A DNA stretch of 64,000 nt from Rickettsia typhi (GCA_945905715.1 CAMDPW010000002.1:4242-68241); one strand, 5' to 3'. Positions 44,505 to 54,792 are shown, numbered from the stretch's first letter. Notes: generated from the sequence alone by a model not told the origin. Made by a program: numbers and translations.

Positions 44505-45428
44505 ATGCAAAATCAACTTAATAGCTCAGGGTTAATGTTTATCTTGTCATCCCCCTCTGGAGCTGGCAAAACTACCCTAGCCAAATCAATTATCGCAAGT
44601 AATTCTCAAATTACGTTGTCAGTTTCTGTTACTACCAGACAAATGCGCCAAGGAGAAACAGAAGGTGAGGATTATTTCTTTGTGAGTCAAAATGAATATA
44701 GTGAATTACTAAAAAACAACATGCTCATTGAGCACATTACATTATTTGGCAATGGATATGGCACCCCAAAAAATCAAACTGAGAAAGCGCTTCTTAAGGG
44801 GTGCGATGTTTTATACGACATTGATTGGCGGGGGGCGCTAGAATTAATTAAATATAAACCAGAGAAAATTGTTAGTATTTTCATTTTACCTCCATCTATT
44901 GAAACACTGGAAAGAAGATTAAGAAACAGAGCTGCTGATAATGAAGAGACAATTCAAAAAAGGTTAAGTGAAGCAAAGTCCGAAATATCAAAATGCCCTC
45001 ACTATGACTACATAATAATCAACCATGACATTGATCATAGTTTGAAATTAATTCAGAGTATCATTACAGCAGAAAGAATAAGAAGCTCACATTTTACTAA
45101 CTTACAATCTTTTCTTAGCAACTTAAGTGGCGAAGTAACAACTATTTCAGAAATAGAGCTAGTACAAACTAAGAATGTTAATATTATTGACGTAAGAGAA
45201 AATCATGAATGGCTATCTGGGCATCTAAATGGAACATTAAACATACCATTGCAAAAACTATTAGCTGGTGAATTTGAATTAGACAAATCAAAGCCATGCA
45301 TAGTTTATTGTCAGCACGGAGTACGTAGTTTAACTGCAGCAAAGTTTCTAAAAAATTCTGGCTTTCATCATGTAACACACCTCAAAGATGGGCTTGCTTG
45401 CTGGCAAGGAAAGCTTGAAATTGATTAA
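44505..45428 (+). CDS. gmk: Guanylate kinase fused to a C-terminal rhodanese domain
   Basis: The Gmk part has P-loop SSPSGAGKTT, TTRQMRQGE..GEDYFFV and the lid ERRLRNRAADNEE. The C-terminal ~100 aa read IIDVRENHEW..GHL.G..NIP...PCIVYCQHGVRS, a rhodanese with its active-site Cys loop. Confidence 0.85.
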   Translation: MQNQLNSSGLMFILSSPSGAGKTTLAKSIIASNSQITLSVSVTTRQMRQGETEGEDYFFVSQNEYSELLKNNMLIEHITLFGNGYGTPKNQTEKALLKGCDVLYDIDWRGALELIKYKPEKIVSIFILPPSIETLERRLRNRAADNEETIQKRLSEAKSEISKCPHYDYIIINHDIDHSLKLIQSIITAERIRSSHFTNLQSFLSNLSGEVTTISEIELVQTKNVNIIDVRENHEWLSGHLNGTLNIPLQKLLAGEFELDKSKPCIVYCQHGVRSLTAAKFLKNSGFHHVTHLKDGLACWQGKLEID

Positions 45429-45456
45429 ATAACTGACAAGCTTACCAGACTCCTAG

Positions 45457-45765
45457 CTAAGCCTTAGATTTGCGTGTACGCTTTTTCAAAACTTTGCTTT
45501 TTACCAAATACTCCTTTATATCAAACGCTTCGTGCATCTTTCCATCATTACCACGTACATACTTTACTAAACCATCTTTTTCTTTATCTTCTAATATGGA
45601 TCCTTGTACAAGATGATATAACGTATTGGCTTCTTTTTTTAATGAAGCTATTTTATTCAGACACATTCTATAATATTTAGCTATAATTGGAAGATCTGTT
45701 GGTTTGACTAAAATAATAGCAATGCAAGTGATAATTAAAAATTCAGGTAGCGAAATACCTAACAT
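45457..45765 (-). CDS. tatB: Twin-arginine translocase subunit, TatB-like (TatA/B/E family)
   Basis: MLGISLPEFLIITCIAIILVKPTDLP: an N-terminal TM helix with the conserved Glu at position 8 and a P..LP hinge, followed by an amphipathic helix. Confidence 0.6.
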   Translation of the reverse strand: MLGISLPEFLIITCIAIILVKPTDLPIIAKYYRMCLNKIASLKKEANTLYHLVQGSILEDKEKDGLVKYVRGNDGKMHEAFDIKEYLVKSKVLKKRTRKSKA

Positions 45766-45769
45766 AGGA

Positions 45770-46543
45770 CTACCGATTTTTTTTCTCTACATTAGCCCAA
45801 ATTCTAGTTTTTGCCATGTAAAATACTGTTATTAAGATAAATAAAAATACAATTACTTTGCCACCCATCGCTTTACGTTTCTCCATCTCTGGCTCTGCTG
45901 TCCATTGCAGAAAATTCACCAAGTCACTTGACATTTGCTCAACTGTTGCCACAGTACCATCTTGATAAGTAACCATACCGTCGCTTAAAGGAGGCGGCAT
46001 AGCAATCTGCATATTAGGAAAGTATGGATTATAATACATACCATTATTTATCTTCATTCCTTTAGGAATGCCGTGTCCATAACCATTTAGCAAGGCATGT
46101 ACATAATTAGCACCATCACCTCTTGCTTTGATAATTAAAGATAAGTCTGGTGGATAAGCTCCGTTATTAGCCGCTCTCGACGCTGCCTCATTAGGATATG
46201 GTAACACAAATTTATCATAAGGTTTTCCAGGACGTTGAAGCATCTCTCCTTTGTCGTTTAGCCCGTCATTTACTTGATACTGTGCAGCAATATTAACAAC
46301 TTCATCTTTACTAAAGCCAATCTCTTCGAGATTACGATAAGATATTTGGCTTAAAGCATGACATGCTACGCATATTTCTTTATATACTTGATACCCTCTT
46401 TGAATTGCTCTCTTATCAAACCTACCAAACACACCATCAAACTGCCATATTTCTTTCTTGGGTTCTTCTTGTATGCTTGCAAAAGCAAGATAATTGACTA
46501 ATATCACAGTGAGTATTAGCAAATTACGCAATAACTTCTTCAT
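45770..46543 (-). CDS. petC: Cytochrome c1 (bc1 complex)
   Basis: Signal peptide, heme-binding CVACHAL, and a C-terminal membrane anchor. Downstream of petB. Confidence 0.92.
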   Translation of the reverse strand: MKKLLRNLLILTVILVNYLAFASIQEEPKKEIWQFDGVFGRFDKRAIQRGYQVYKEICVACHALSQISYRNLEEIGFSKDEVVNIAAQYQVNDGLNDKGEMLQRPGKPYDKFVLPYPNEAASRAANNGAYPPDLSLIIKARGDGANYVHALLNGYGHGIPKGMKINNGMYYNPYFPNMQIAMPPPLSDGMVTYQDGTVATVEQMSSDLVNFLQWTAEPEMEKRKAMGGKVIVFLFILITVFYMAKTRIWANVEKKNR

Positions 46544-47736
46544 ACTAAATCGCTAATAGATTTTGGTAAAGGAAGAGTTTTTTCGCGTTTGCCTAAGATA
46601 GGCACTATTACTAAAAAGTGTAAAAAATAATAAAAAGTAGCTATTTGACCAAGAATAATATACACACCTTCTGGTGGATTACCGCCTATATAGCCCAATA
46701 GTACAACGTTTAAAATAAATACCCAAAAGAATATCTTAAATTTTGGTCGATAGGCACCACTTTTAATCTTACAAGTATCTAACCATGGCAAAAAGAATAA
46801 TACTAAGATTGAGCCAAACATAGCAATTACACCACCAAGCTTATCTGGTATAGCCCTTAAGATAGCATAAAAAGGTAAAAAATACCATTCTGGTACAATA
46901 TGCTCAGGTGTGACCATAGGATTAGCTGGAATATAGTTATCTGGATGCCCAAGATAGTTAGGTTGATAAAAAACAAAATACGCAAATAGTACACTGAACA
47001 CGCCGAAACCAACAAAATCTTTAATTGTATAATAAGGATGAAACGGGATGGTGTCAGATTTGGATTTTATTTCTATGCCAGTTGGATTATTTGAACCATG
47101 CACATGTAGAGCGGTAATATGTAATATCACTATTGCAATGATTATAAAAGGAAACAAGTAATGCAACACAAAAAATCTATTTAAAGTTGGATCACCAACA
47201 GCAAATCCTCCCCAAAGCCATTGCACTACAGTCTCTCCGATCAGTGGAATTGCAGAAAACAAACTAGTAATTACTGTTGCGCCCCAAAAACTCATTTGCC
47301 CCCAGGGCAACACGTAACCCATGAACGCTGTAGCCATCACTGTTAAAAATATTATTAACCCTAAAAACCACACCAGTTCACGTGGAGATTTATAAGAGCC
47401 ATAATATATGCCGCGTGCAATATGTATATATATCGCAAAAAAGAACATGGACGCGCCAACAGCATGTATATATCTTATAAGCCAGCCATAATTAACATTT
47501 CTCATTATATTTTCAACGCTATCAAAAGCTGTAGCTGCATTAGGTGAGTAGTGCATTGCTAAAAACAAACCTGTTAAAATTTGAATAATCAAAGCAATTC
47601 CTGCAATTGAACCAAAATTCCATAAGTAACTTAAGTTTTTTGGAGTTCTATACTCACCAAGATGTTTTAAAAAACTAAAAATAGGTAATCTATACTCTAT
47701 CCAGTCAATAACTTTTTGAATTCTGCTCATAAACAA
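46540..47736 (-). CDS. petB: Cytochrome b (bc1 complex)
   Basis: Motifs [32 protein letters not shown]. Confidence 0.96.
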   Translation of the reverse strand: MFMSRIQKVIDWIEYRLPIFSFLKHLGEYRTPKNLSYLWNFGSIAGIALIIQILTGLFLAMHYSPNAATAFDSVENIMRNVNYGWLIRYIHAVGASMFFFAIYIHIARGIYYGSYKSPRELVWFLGLIIFLTVMATAFMGYVLPWGQMSFWGATVITSLFSAIPLIGETVVQWLWGGFAVGDPTLNRFFVLHYLFPFIIIAIVILHITALHVHGSNNPTGIEIKSKSDTIPFHPYYTIKDFVGFGVFSVLFAYFVFYQPNYLGHPDNYIPANPMVTPEHIVPEWYFLPFYAILRAIPDKLGGVIAMFGSILVLFFLPWLDTCKIKSGAYRPKFKIFFWVFILNVVLLGYIGGNPPEGVYIILGQIATFYYFLHFLVIVPILGKREKTLPLPKSISDLV

Positions 47737-47743
47737 TCTCTTG

Positions 47744-48319
47744 CTAACCTATCTTGACTTTATTATCAGTGATAAATTCATAACTTGGTACAATTAAATT
47801 TAAAGGCGCTGGACCTTGCCTAATTCTACCTGAAGTGTCATAAATTGAACCGTGACATGGGCAGAACCAGCCATGATAATCACCACTATCTTCTATTGGT
47901 ATACATCCAAGATGAGTGCACACACCAATCATTACCAACCATTGTTCATGTCCTGGTTTTGTTCTAGCGGAATCTGGTTGCGGGTCGCGCAAAACACGCC
48001 AATCAACAGCCTCTGCCTCTGCGATATTTTGCGGAGTACGATGGCGAATAAAAACTGGTTTACCACGCCACATAACTTTTATGGTCTGCCCTGCTGGGAT
48101 TGGATCTAAATCCACTTCAACTGATGCAAGCGCTAACACTTCTGCTGAAGGATTCATTGAATCTATAAGTGGCCACACACACGAAGCTCCTCCAACTGCA
48201 GCCATTGCACTTGCTGTCAAAACAATAAAATCACGTCTGGTTATTTCTTTTTTCTTTGTAGTTTTATTATTTGTTTTTATCATTAATAAAGCATTATTGA
48301 ATTCGTTGATCTGTCGCAA
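47744..48319 (-). CDS. petA: Ubiquinol-cytochrome c reductase Rieske iron-sulfur subunit
   Basis: Twin-arginine signal ITRRDFIV and Rieske boxes CTHLGC and CPCHGS. The start may be the internal Met13. Confidence 0.95.
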   Translation of the reverse strand: MRQINEFNNALLMIKTNNKTTKKKEITRRDFIVLTASAMAAVGGASCVWPLIDSMNPSAEVLALASVEVDLDPIPAGQTIKVMWRGKPVFIRHRTPQNIAEAEAVDWRVLRDPQPDSARTKPGHEQWLVMIGVCTHLGCIPIEDSGDYHGWFCPCHGSIYDTSGRIRQGPAPLNLIVPSYEFITDNKVKIG

Positions 48320-48498
48320 TTTGACTTATATACAACAATGATTTGTAATTATCAAGATGCTCTCCCTGAGCAATATTAATAAGTTTAGAAAAAAAAATTC
48401 ATCTCAGCAAGGGAAAATAGGTTTTTTCTTAGCAAACTTATAAAATAGCTGTATTAATTAAATCTGCACCACAATTATTTGCAATTAAGGAGAAGGTG

Positions 48499-49278
48499 AT
48501 GAGATTAGGTATTACTGGCGCCAGTGGTAAAATGGGCCAAGTTTTGATTGCTGCTATTAGCATTTTGCCTGAATTCAAATTACAAGCAATTTTTTTAAGA
48601 TCTGCAAACAAACTTAGCAATGAAATGCATTTTCAGGATTTGATAATAACAGACAGTACTGAAATTTTATGTGAAAATGTCGATGTAATAATAGATTTTT
48701 CTTGCCCATCTATGACGTTACAACTTGCAAAATCTGCAGCTAAGCATGCAAAACCTTTGATTTCAGGAACAACTGGTCTTAGCTCACAAGAATTAAGTCG
48801 ATTGAAAGAACAGGCAAATTTTATCCCTATTGTCTACGCAAGCAACATGAGTATTGGTATTAACTTAGTTCAGATATTACTTGACAAATTAGCTAAAACG
48901 CTGGACACAAGTTTTGATATTGAAATTATAGAAAAACACCATAGAAACAAAATAGACTCTCCTTCTGGTACGGCTTTAATGCTAGCTAAAGCCATAACAG
49001 ATAGCAAAAACATTAATTTTTATGAGAATATAATTTACTCGAGAGAAGGCTGCACTGGTCAACGACCTGAAGGAAAAATTGGTATATCAAGCGTCAGAGG
49101 AGGAAGTATAATCGGTGAACATGATATTATGTTCATTTCTGATGCGGAGATTATTAAAGTATCGCACCAAGCATTAAATCGTAATATCTTTGTAAATGGC
49201 GCCTTGAAAGCATGTCAATGGATTATTAAACAACCGCCAGGATTATACTCAATGCAAGATGTGCTAGCAACCACATGA
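48499..49278 (+). CDS. dapB: 4-hydroxy-tetrahydrodipicolinate reductase
   Basis: MRLGITGASGKMG opening, motifs EKHHRNKIDSPSGTA and RGGSIIGEH. I prefer ATG 48499 over GTG 48496 because the SD AAGGAGA (48487-48493) lies 5 nt upstream of it. Confidence 0.92.
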   Translation: MRLGITGASGKMGQVLIAAISILPEFKLQAIFLRSANKLSNEMHFQDLIITDSTEILCENVDVIIDFSCPSMTLQLAKSAAKHAKPLISGTTGLSSQELSRLKEQANFIPIVYASNMSIGINLVQILLDKLAKTLDTSFDIEIIEKHHRNKIDSPSGTALMLAKAITDSKNINFYENIIYSREGCTGQRPEGKIGISSVRGGSIIGEHDIMFISDAEIIKVSHQALNRNIFVNGALKACQWIIKQPPGLYSMQDVLATT

Positions 49279-50414
49279 GCGAGTTGTGCAAACACCAAGT
49301 TGAATGCGGAGGGTGCGAACTGCAGCACATGAACGATGTGCAATACCAGCAATATAAGAGCAAAACCTTGCAAGAGAAGTTAGACACAGCAGGAGTCGTC
49401 CCTCAAACCCTCAATCCAACTTTTATGGTAGGTTCGTATAAAAGACGCAGATGTACTTTACAAATTCACTATTCTAAAGGACAAATTACATTAGGGTTCT
49501 ACAAGAAAAAAAGTCATTCAATAGTTGATATACAAGAATGCTTTGTACTTGCTCCTGAAATTTTTAATGTTATAGAACCTTTAAAAAAGACCTTATCTAA
49601 ATTATTACAACCACAATTTTTAAACAATGTATACATATTAATTAGTCATTCTGGTTTAGATTTGCTTATCAATTCAAAACACTCACCTGAATTAATATGT
49701 TTAGAAAATTTAGTCAAATTTGCAACTATACATAAGATTGCAAGGATCAACTGGCAAGTAAGTCAGCGTATTATACCTGTTTATCATTCGCAGTTAGTGA
49801 CTACTAACATAAATAATACTTTGGTAGAGTTGCCTCCTGGTGCTTTCCTGCAAGCGACAATAGAATGCGAACTATCAATCCAACAACAAATTCTCAATTT
49901 AGTTCAAGCAAATAAAACGAATAAAATTATTGATTTATATGCTGGATGCGGCACTTTTTCGCTTATATTTGATGATAAAGTTCATGTATTATCTGTTGAA
50001 GGAAATAAAAACATGTCAGCCATGGTAAGTAAGGCTATAAAGCAATTTAACTTGAAGAATAAATATGTTATTAATCAAGATATTTTTCATTACCCATTAA
50101 AAGCTGAGCAATTAATGAAATATGAAATAGCGATTATTAATCCTCCGCGTAATGGTGCGATGCCTCAAATAAAAGAACTGGCAGCAAGTAAAATAAAAAT
50201 AATAGTAATGGTATCTTGTAATGTTGATAGCTTTATAAGAGATGCTAAATTACTCTTATCCAAAAATTACAATCTTCGTGAATTAACTCCTGTCGATCAA
50301 TTTCGCTGGACTAAACATTTAGAATTATTTGCAATTTTTGATAATACTCACACCATTCCATCTACCTCCTGTCACACTCTTTATAGTGAGAACTGTATCC
50401 ACTCTCAAAATTAA
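49275..50414 (+). CDS. SAM-dependent RNA (uracil-5-)-methyltransferase, RumA/TrmA family, no TRAM domain
   Basis: Fe-S cluster-type cysteines (CKHQVECGGCELQH), SAM motif DLYAGCGTFS, and a C-terminal VSCN catalytic Cys context. The start overlaps the dapB stop (ATGA). Confidence 0.8.
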   Translation: MSELCKHQVECGGCELQHMNDVQYQQYKSKTLQEKLDTAGVVPQTLNPTFMVGSYKRRRCTLQIHYSKGQITLGFYKKKSHSIVDIQECFVLAPEIFNVIEPLKKTLSKLLQPQFLNNVYILISHSGLDLLINSKHSPELICLENLVKFATIHKIARINWQVSQRIIPVYHSQLVTTNINNTLVELPPGAFLQATIECELSIQQQILNLVQANKTNKIIDLYAGCGTFSLIFDDKVHVLSVEGNKNMSAMVSKAIKQFNLKNKYVINQDIFHYPLKAEQLMKYEIAIINPPRNGAMPQIKELAASKIKIIVMVSCNVDSFIRDAKLLLSKNYNLRELTPVDQFRWTKHLELFAIFDNTHTIPSTSCHTLYSENCIHSQN

Positions 50415-50468
50415 CATTTTTTTTAATTTACCAAAATCACAAAACTTACTATGGTAACGATGAAATAC

Positions 50469-52457
50469 TTAGAACTTCATTTCCATACCTGCATCTAAAG
50501 TAATTTTATAGTTATGACTTGAGGGGTAATTTATTCCTTTTGCAAGTTGAGTAGTAGCAAATAAACTCATGCCTTTTTTTGTTATATCGCGATTAACGCT
50601 AGTACCTAAAATTGCATCGATATATTGCTTAGGACCAACAGCGTTAAAAGAAGTGCTCCGACCTATAGTAGTTACATTTATTTTGCCAGAATTGATCATT
50701 CTAGTTGCTTCTACCCCGCAGTTAATCGCAACATTGACTGGTTTGTCTGTGTTGCGACCATAAGTCTTTTGAATAGTAATTTGGCCTATCCCGCCAATAG
50801 TATTAGTACGCCTACTTCCTACAGTTTGTGCTGCTGCACCTCCTTTTTCTTTATAACTGCTAAGATATTGCCCAATATAACTTATTGTTACAGAGGGAAC
50901 TATGGTAAAGTTAGTGTATTCGATATACTTACCAAAAATTGCACTTGGCGCAAAATAAAACTCATTATAAGAACCGTAATTATGTTCAATACCATCTGTT
51001 GCTAAGTTATTATAAACTAAATTATTACTTTTATTATAGACATATCCTAAACCAAGATTAAGATCTAAAAATCTATCATTAGAAAATTTGATCGAGCTGT
51101 ATCCACCGATGGTCATACCAGTTCCATTAATTACTTGATTAGTACTATTTCCTATTGTAATCCTGCCTTTTATGCCGCCGACATAAGCACCAACAAACAC
51201 AGAATCGTTATAGCGATTATCGACGCCAACTATTACACCACCAACAGCGCTATTAGTTCTAACTACCGTATCTACTCTAGGTCTTTGTTGATAAGAACCG
51301 AGCGCTTCTGTCCAATAGTAATTTGCGTGCTCATTTCTAGTTTGATATATCTGTTTATTCAATCTAGTAAAAATCATATTAGAGATGGCTCCTGTAGTTT
51401 GTTTTGTCATCTGATTAGCACTAGCAAATCCAGTTCTGCTGACAGTTGCAATTTGATTGCCATTCTTGACAAAAATTAAATTGTTAGCAGTTGTTGTAAA
51501 ATGAGCAGTGCCTTCGTAAGTCAGTAAATGATTTCTATCTTGTCCACCGTCTACTACATTTAGTATATTGCCACCACCATTACCATAAATTACCTTTCCT
51601 ACCATGTAACCACTAGTGTTGTAATGAATGGTATTATTAGCAGTATTTGGATTAGAATGACCGTAAGTAAAATCAACAGCAGCTGACCCAGGACCACCAC
51701 TCACTTTAATTACTCCGCTATTAGTAATAGTATTGGCGTCACTCTCACTTACAATTCCGCGTGCATTACCAGAAGCAGTACTAGTAGCAGAGATGATGCC
51801 GTTATTATTTATAACGTTATTGCTTGAGAGGCCAAGGTAAACGCCATTAACGTCACATAAGTTAGAAGTAGCAGAGATGATGCCATTATTATTGATAACG
51901 TTATATGGGGCACGAAAAAGATTAATCCCATAAGCGTTGCCTGCATCAGCACTAGCAGCAGAGATGATGCCATGATTATTTATAACGTTATTGCGTGAGA
52001 GACTAAGGTAAGTACCATTAGCATCACCTGCACCAACACTAGCAGCAGAGATGGTGCCGTTATTATTTATAACGTTATTGCTTGATGCGGCAAAAACCAT
52101 GCCATTAGCACGCGTATTAAAACCAGTAGCGGATATGGTGCCATTATTATTTATAACGTTATTGCGTGAAGAAGTGTTAAGATGAATCGCATGTACTCCT
52201 CGCGTACCAGAACCAGTAGCAGATATGGTGCCGTTATTATGTATGACGTTGCTATTAATAATTTTGACAGCATTGGCATTATTCACACCAAGTGTCCCAT
52301 CGACTCCTACAGTAAGAGTGTCACCATCTGTTAAATGCTGCGATAATACTTGGTTGTGTGACATCTTAAAATCAGTGGCAAATGCAGTGTTGTAATAAGC
52401 AGTGCAAAATACTATCAATAAGATGGTAATTTTAAATTTAAAAATATTCATAAACAC
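50469..52457 (-). CDS. Autotransporter (type Va) outer membrane protein with repeat-rich passenger
   Basis: Signal peptide ..YNTAFA/TD. The passenger has roughly 7 units of NNVINNNG(T/I)ISA(T/A)S... The C-terminal ~270 aa have an alternating beta-barrel pattern ending in the terminal aromatic ..GMEMKF. Confidence 0.85.
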   Translation of the reverse strand: MFMNIFKFKITILLIVFCTAYYNTAFATDFKMSHNQVLSQHLTDGDTLTVGVDGTLGVNNANAVKIINSNVIHNNGTISATGSGTRGVHAIHLNTSSRNNVINNNGTISATGFNTRANGMVFAASSNNVINNNGTISAASVGAGDANGTYLSLSRNNVINNHGIISAASADAGNAYGINLFRAPYNVINNNGIISATSNLCDVNGVYLGLSSNNVINNNGIISATSTASGNARGIVSESDANTITNSGVIKVSGGPGSAAVDFTYGHSNPNTANNTIHYNTSGYMVGKVIYGNGGGNILNVVDGGQDRNHLLTYEGTAHFTTTANNLIFVKNGNQIATVSRTGFASANQMTKQTTGAISNMIFTRLNKQIYQTRNEHANYYWTEALGSYQQRPRVDTVVRTNSAVGGVIVGVDNRYNDSVFVGAYVGGIKGRITIGNSTNQVINGTGMTIGGYSSIKFSNDRFLDLNLGLGYVYNKSNNLVYNNLATDGIEHNYGSYNEFYFAPSAIFGKYIEYTNFTIVPSVTISYIGQYLSSYKEKGGAAAQTVGSRRTNTIGGIGQITIQKTYGRNTDKPVNVAINCGVEATRMINSGKINVTTIGRSTSFNAVGPKQYIDAILGTSVNRDITKKGMSLFATTQLAKGINYPSSHNYKITLDAGMEMKF
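51723..52262. repeat. Degenerate tandem coding repeats (~27-28 codons each) in the autotransporter passenger
   Basis: The DNA motif ccgttattatttataacgttattgc recurs with variants. At protein level the unit is xNNVINNNGxISAxS.....G.. Confidence 0.75.
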
Positions 52458-53031
52458 TCTCTGTATTTTATAAGTTTAATGCTACTTTCTGTATGAAATA
52501 GCTTGATCAGTATTTAGTAAACCGACACCTGCCGCACAATTTCCAATACACACATGAAGATTAGGCGCTATTATTACATCACACACACTAAACTCCAAAG
52601 CCTAGAATTTTCTGACCAATCTTTCAGCAAATCTTCTTGCACTTGACTAAACAATAAAGATCTTCTATTGATTCCAAGTAACAGACTCTAAACTCAGTTG
52701 AGCTCATATCATAACCTCTCAGATATGCAGCTTTTTTTATCTCTCGTTTTAATACTTTATGGACCTTTAAAAATCATTCCTCCCCAAATTTGAAGACATA
52801 TACTTCCAATTCATTACGACAAGGTTAGGAAGAAATATCAAGAATGAGAAATAGTACATATCTTTTATTAAGCTAAGAAGATAAATTTTGCGATAATTTT
52901 ATCACCGTTTGTAATGTTCTACATGAATTTGGTACTTGATTCATAACCCATAAGAAAAAAAAGTGATTATATTAATATGGTTTAGATACCATTATTTAAG
53001 TTTGGTAAATTTTAATAACGGAGAATTTAAG

Positions 53032-54792
53032 GTGTCGATTAATCTAAAAATTATAGATAATTCACTACTCACTGCACAAAAATATATTTTGATCGAGGGA
53101 AATTTTTATAACTCCACAAGTTCAGCATATGCCGCTGGTTACTTGGACATTACGTTATCACCGTCAAAAGTCCAATTCTATGATACAACCACGACAAGCG
53201 TTACTGCTCTTGTTTTGCCACCATCTTCTTCTGGGTACATGATATCGCTTCCAGACGTCATTCAATCAGGAAGAATATGGTTATCTATAGGGCAGCCTAT
53301 AGTTTTGCAAGTAACAGGAAGCGCAGCGCACCCACCGTCAGCTGAGTTGCTTCAGAATGAAAATTTTTATAAAATTTATGATAAAATAGAAATATCACGT
53401 GTACATGGAGATAATACTATTTACATGAACCCTACAGCAGTAGATTTTTTTTCTATTCCTTTATCTATTTCACTTATTGATACCAGTGGACCAACTAAAA
53501 CCTCTGGTATACCGGTCTCAAGAATAGAAGCGTTAAAAATAATTGAGAATGTCTTAAGTAATAATATAGCTTGTACTTCTTTAACGCCAAGCATTACTCC
53601 ATACAGTACTTGTCGTGCCCACAATGATCACTGCTCTCCTCTTGCTCCCCTTCCCATGTGGGAAAGTTTAATCTTATATTACAATATGAATAATATAGGA
53701 TTAAGCGATAAAACTGGGTCATTTTTGAGAGTAATTCCACCTAAATTAGCCTATAGTGCTAATCCTCAAGATGCGCTTCCAGTAAAAGATCCATTCGTAA
53801 AAAATTATTTGTCTCAAAATCCATATGACTTTTTAGAGCAATTATGGCACTATTATAGTATAGTAGGTAATGTAATTACGGTAGACACTGCAGAAATTAT
53901 AGGAGCAAAAGACTCCACAGGAACGGTAAGTTACACTGTACTTCCTAGTGGTGGTCCAGCAGATCCTACTTATTACACATTTACCGGAAGAGTAGTAGCT
54001 GGAGAGTTATTATTTGTTAATAAAGACTCGTCTTACAAAGTAACTCTATCAGTGACAGAGCCTATTGAAAATTACGATTCTACCATGATCTTTGGTGGTA
54101 TTTGGAGTAAAGCAATATTGCCAGCAAACTGTCCAGATGGAATTATTATTAGACAGGTAACGTCAGCAATTAATGTCGGAGTTCTACCATTAGTGCCAGC
54201 TGGAGAATCCAAAATTACTAAATCTGAATTTCAAAGCGCTACAAATCCTCATGGACCAATTACTAAAGCTATGTATTACTTTAATAATAAGTACTTTGAT
54301 TCAACAGCTGGAGAATTATGGTACGATCTTTATGCGGCGGCAATTCATAGTATTCCTGGTGCACAGATATACGCGTTTGATTATGATGACGCACTGGGAC
54401 AAGATGGTACATTGACAGGACCAGTAGCATCATTGAACTATGCGCAAATCATAATTCAAAATATGTCTGGCACGATCGTTCCCGATCCTAAAAACGACCA
54501 TGTAGTATATTTTAGTATAACGTTGAATAGTCAAGATGATATTACTTGTTTGTATACTGACTCTTCTCATTCTTCTAAAACAGCTACAATCACTACTGGT
54601 TTAACCCCTCCTCAGACTACGGTTACCTTGACTAATGCCATAATGCCTTTGCATATAACTTATACAAATCACAAACACACAATCAATTTTGATATTTATC
54701 TCACTCATCAATTTATTGATCCTTACTATGATGGTATTGCTTTTGGGATTACGGGAGACGTTCCCTACATTAACTTCGGAGCAGACATGTAA
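53032..54792 (+). CDS. GH64 / thaumatin-like superfamily protein (putative beta-1,3-glucanase-like), no signal peptide
   Basis: I prefer GTG 53032 because the SD GGAGA (53020-53024) lies 7 nt upstream; the track ORF starts at 52963. Family-like segments are GRIWLSIGQPIVLQV, YDKIEIS...TIYMNPTAVDFFSIPLS and IYAFDYDDALGQDG. The assignment is from remembered motifs, not from a search. Confidence 0.55.
   Translation: MSINLKIIDNSLLTAQKYILIEGNFYNSTSSAYAAGYLDITLSPSKVQFYDTTTTSVTALVLPPSSSGYMISLPDVIQSGRIWLSIGQPIVLQVTGSAAHPPSAELLQNENFYKIYDKIEISRVHGDNTIYMNPTAVDFFSIPLSISLIDTSGPTKTSGIPVSRIEALKIIENVLSNNIACTSLTPSITPYSTCRAHNDHCSPLAPLPMWESLILYYNMNNIGLSDKTGSFLRVIPPKLAYSANPQDALPVKDPFVKNYLSQNPYDFLEQLWHYYSIVGNVITVDTAEIIGAKDSTGTVSYTVLPSGGPADPTYYTFTGRVVAGELLFVNKDSSYKVTLSVTEPIENYDSTMIFGGIWSKAILPANCPDGIIIRQVTSAINVGVLPLVPAGESKITKSEFQSATNPHGPITKAMYYFNNKYFDSTAGELWYDLYAAAIHSIPGAQIYAFDYDDALGQDGTLTGPVASLNYAQIIIQNMSGTIVPDPKNDHVVYFSITLNSQDDITCLYTDSSHSSKTATITTGLTPPQTTVTLTNAIMPLHITYTNHKHTINFDIYLTHQFIDPYYDGIAFGITGDVPYINFGADM

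Noticed and set aside
51723-52262. Periodic DNA repeats that could be mistaken for a CRISPR-like or minisatellite array.
   Set aside because: The repeats are degenerate, lack unique spacers of fixed length, and lie in-frame within the autotransporter passenger (NNVINNNGxISA units).
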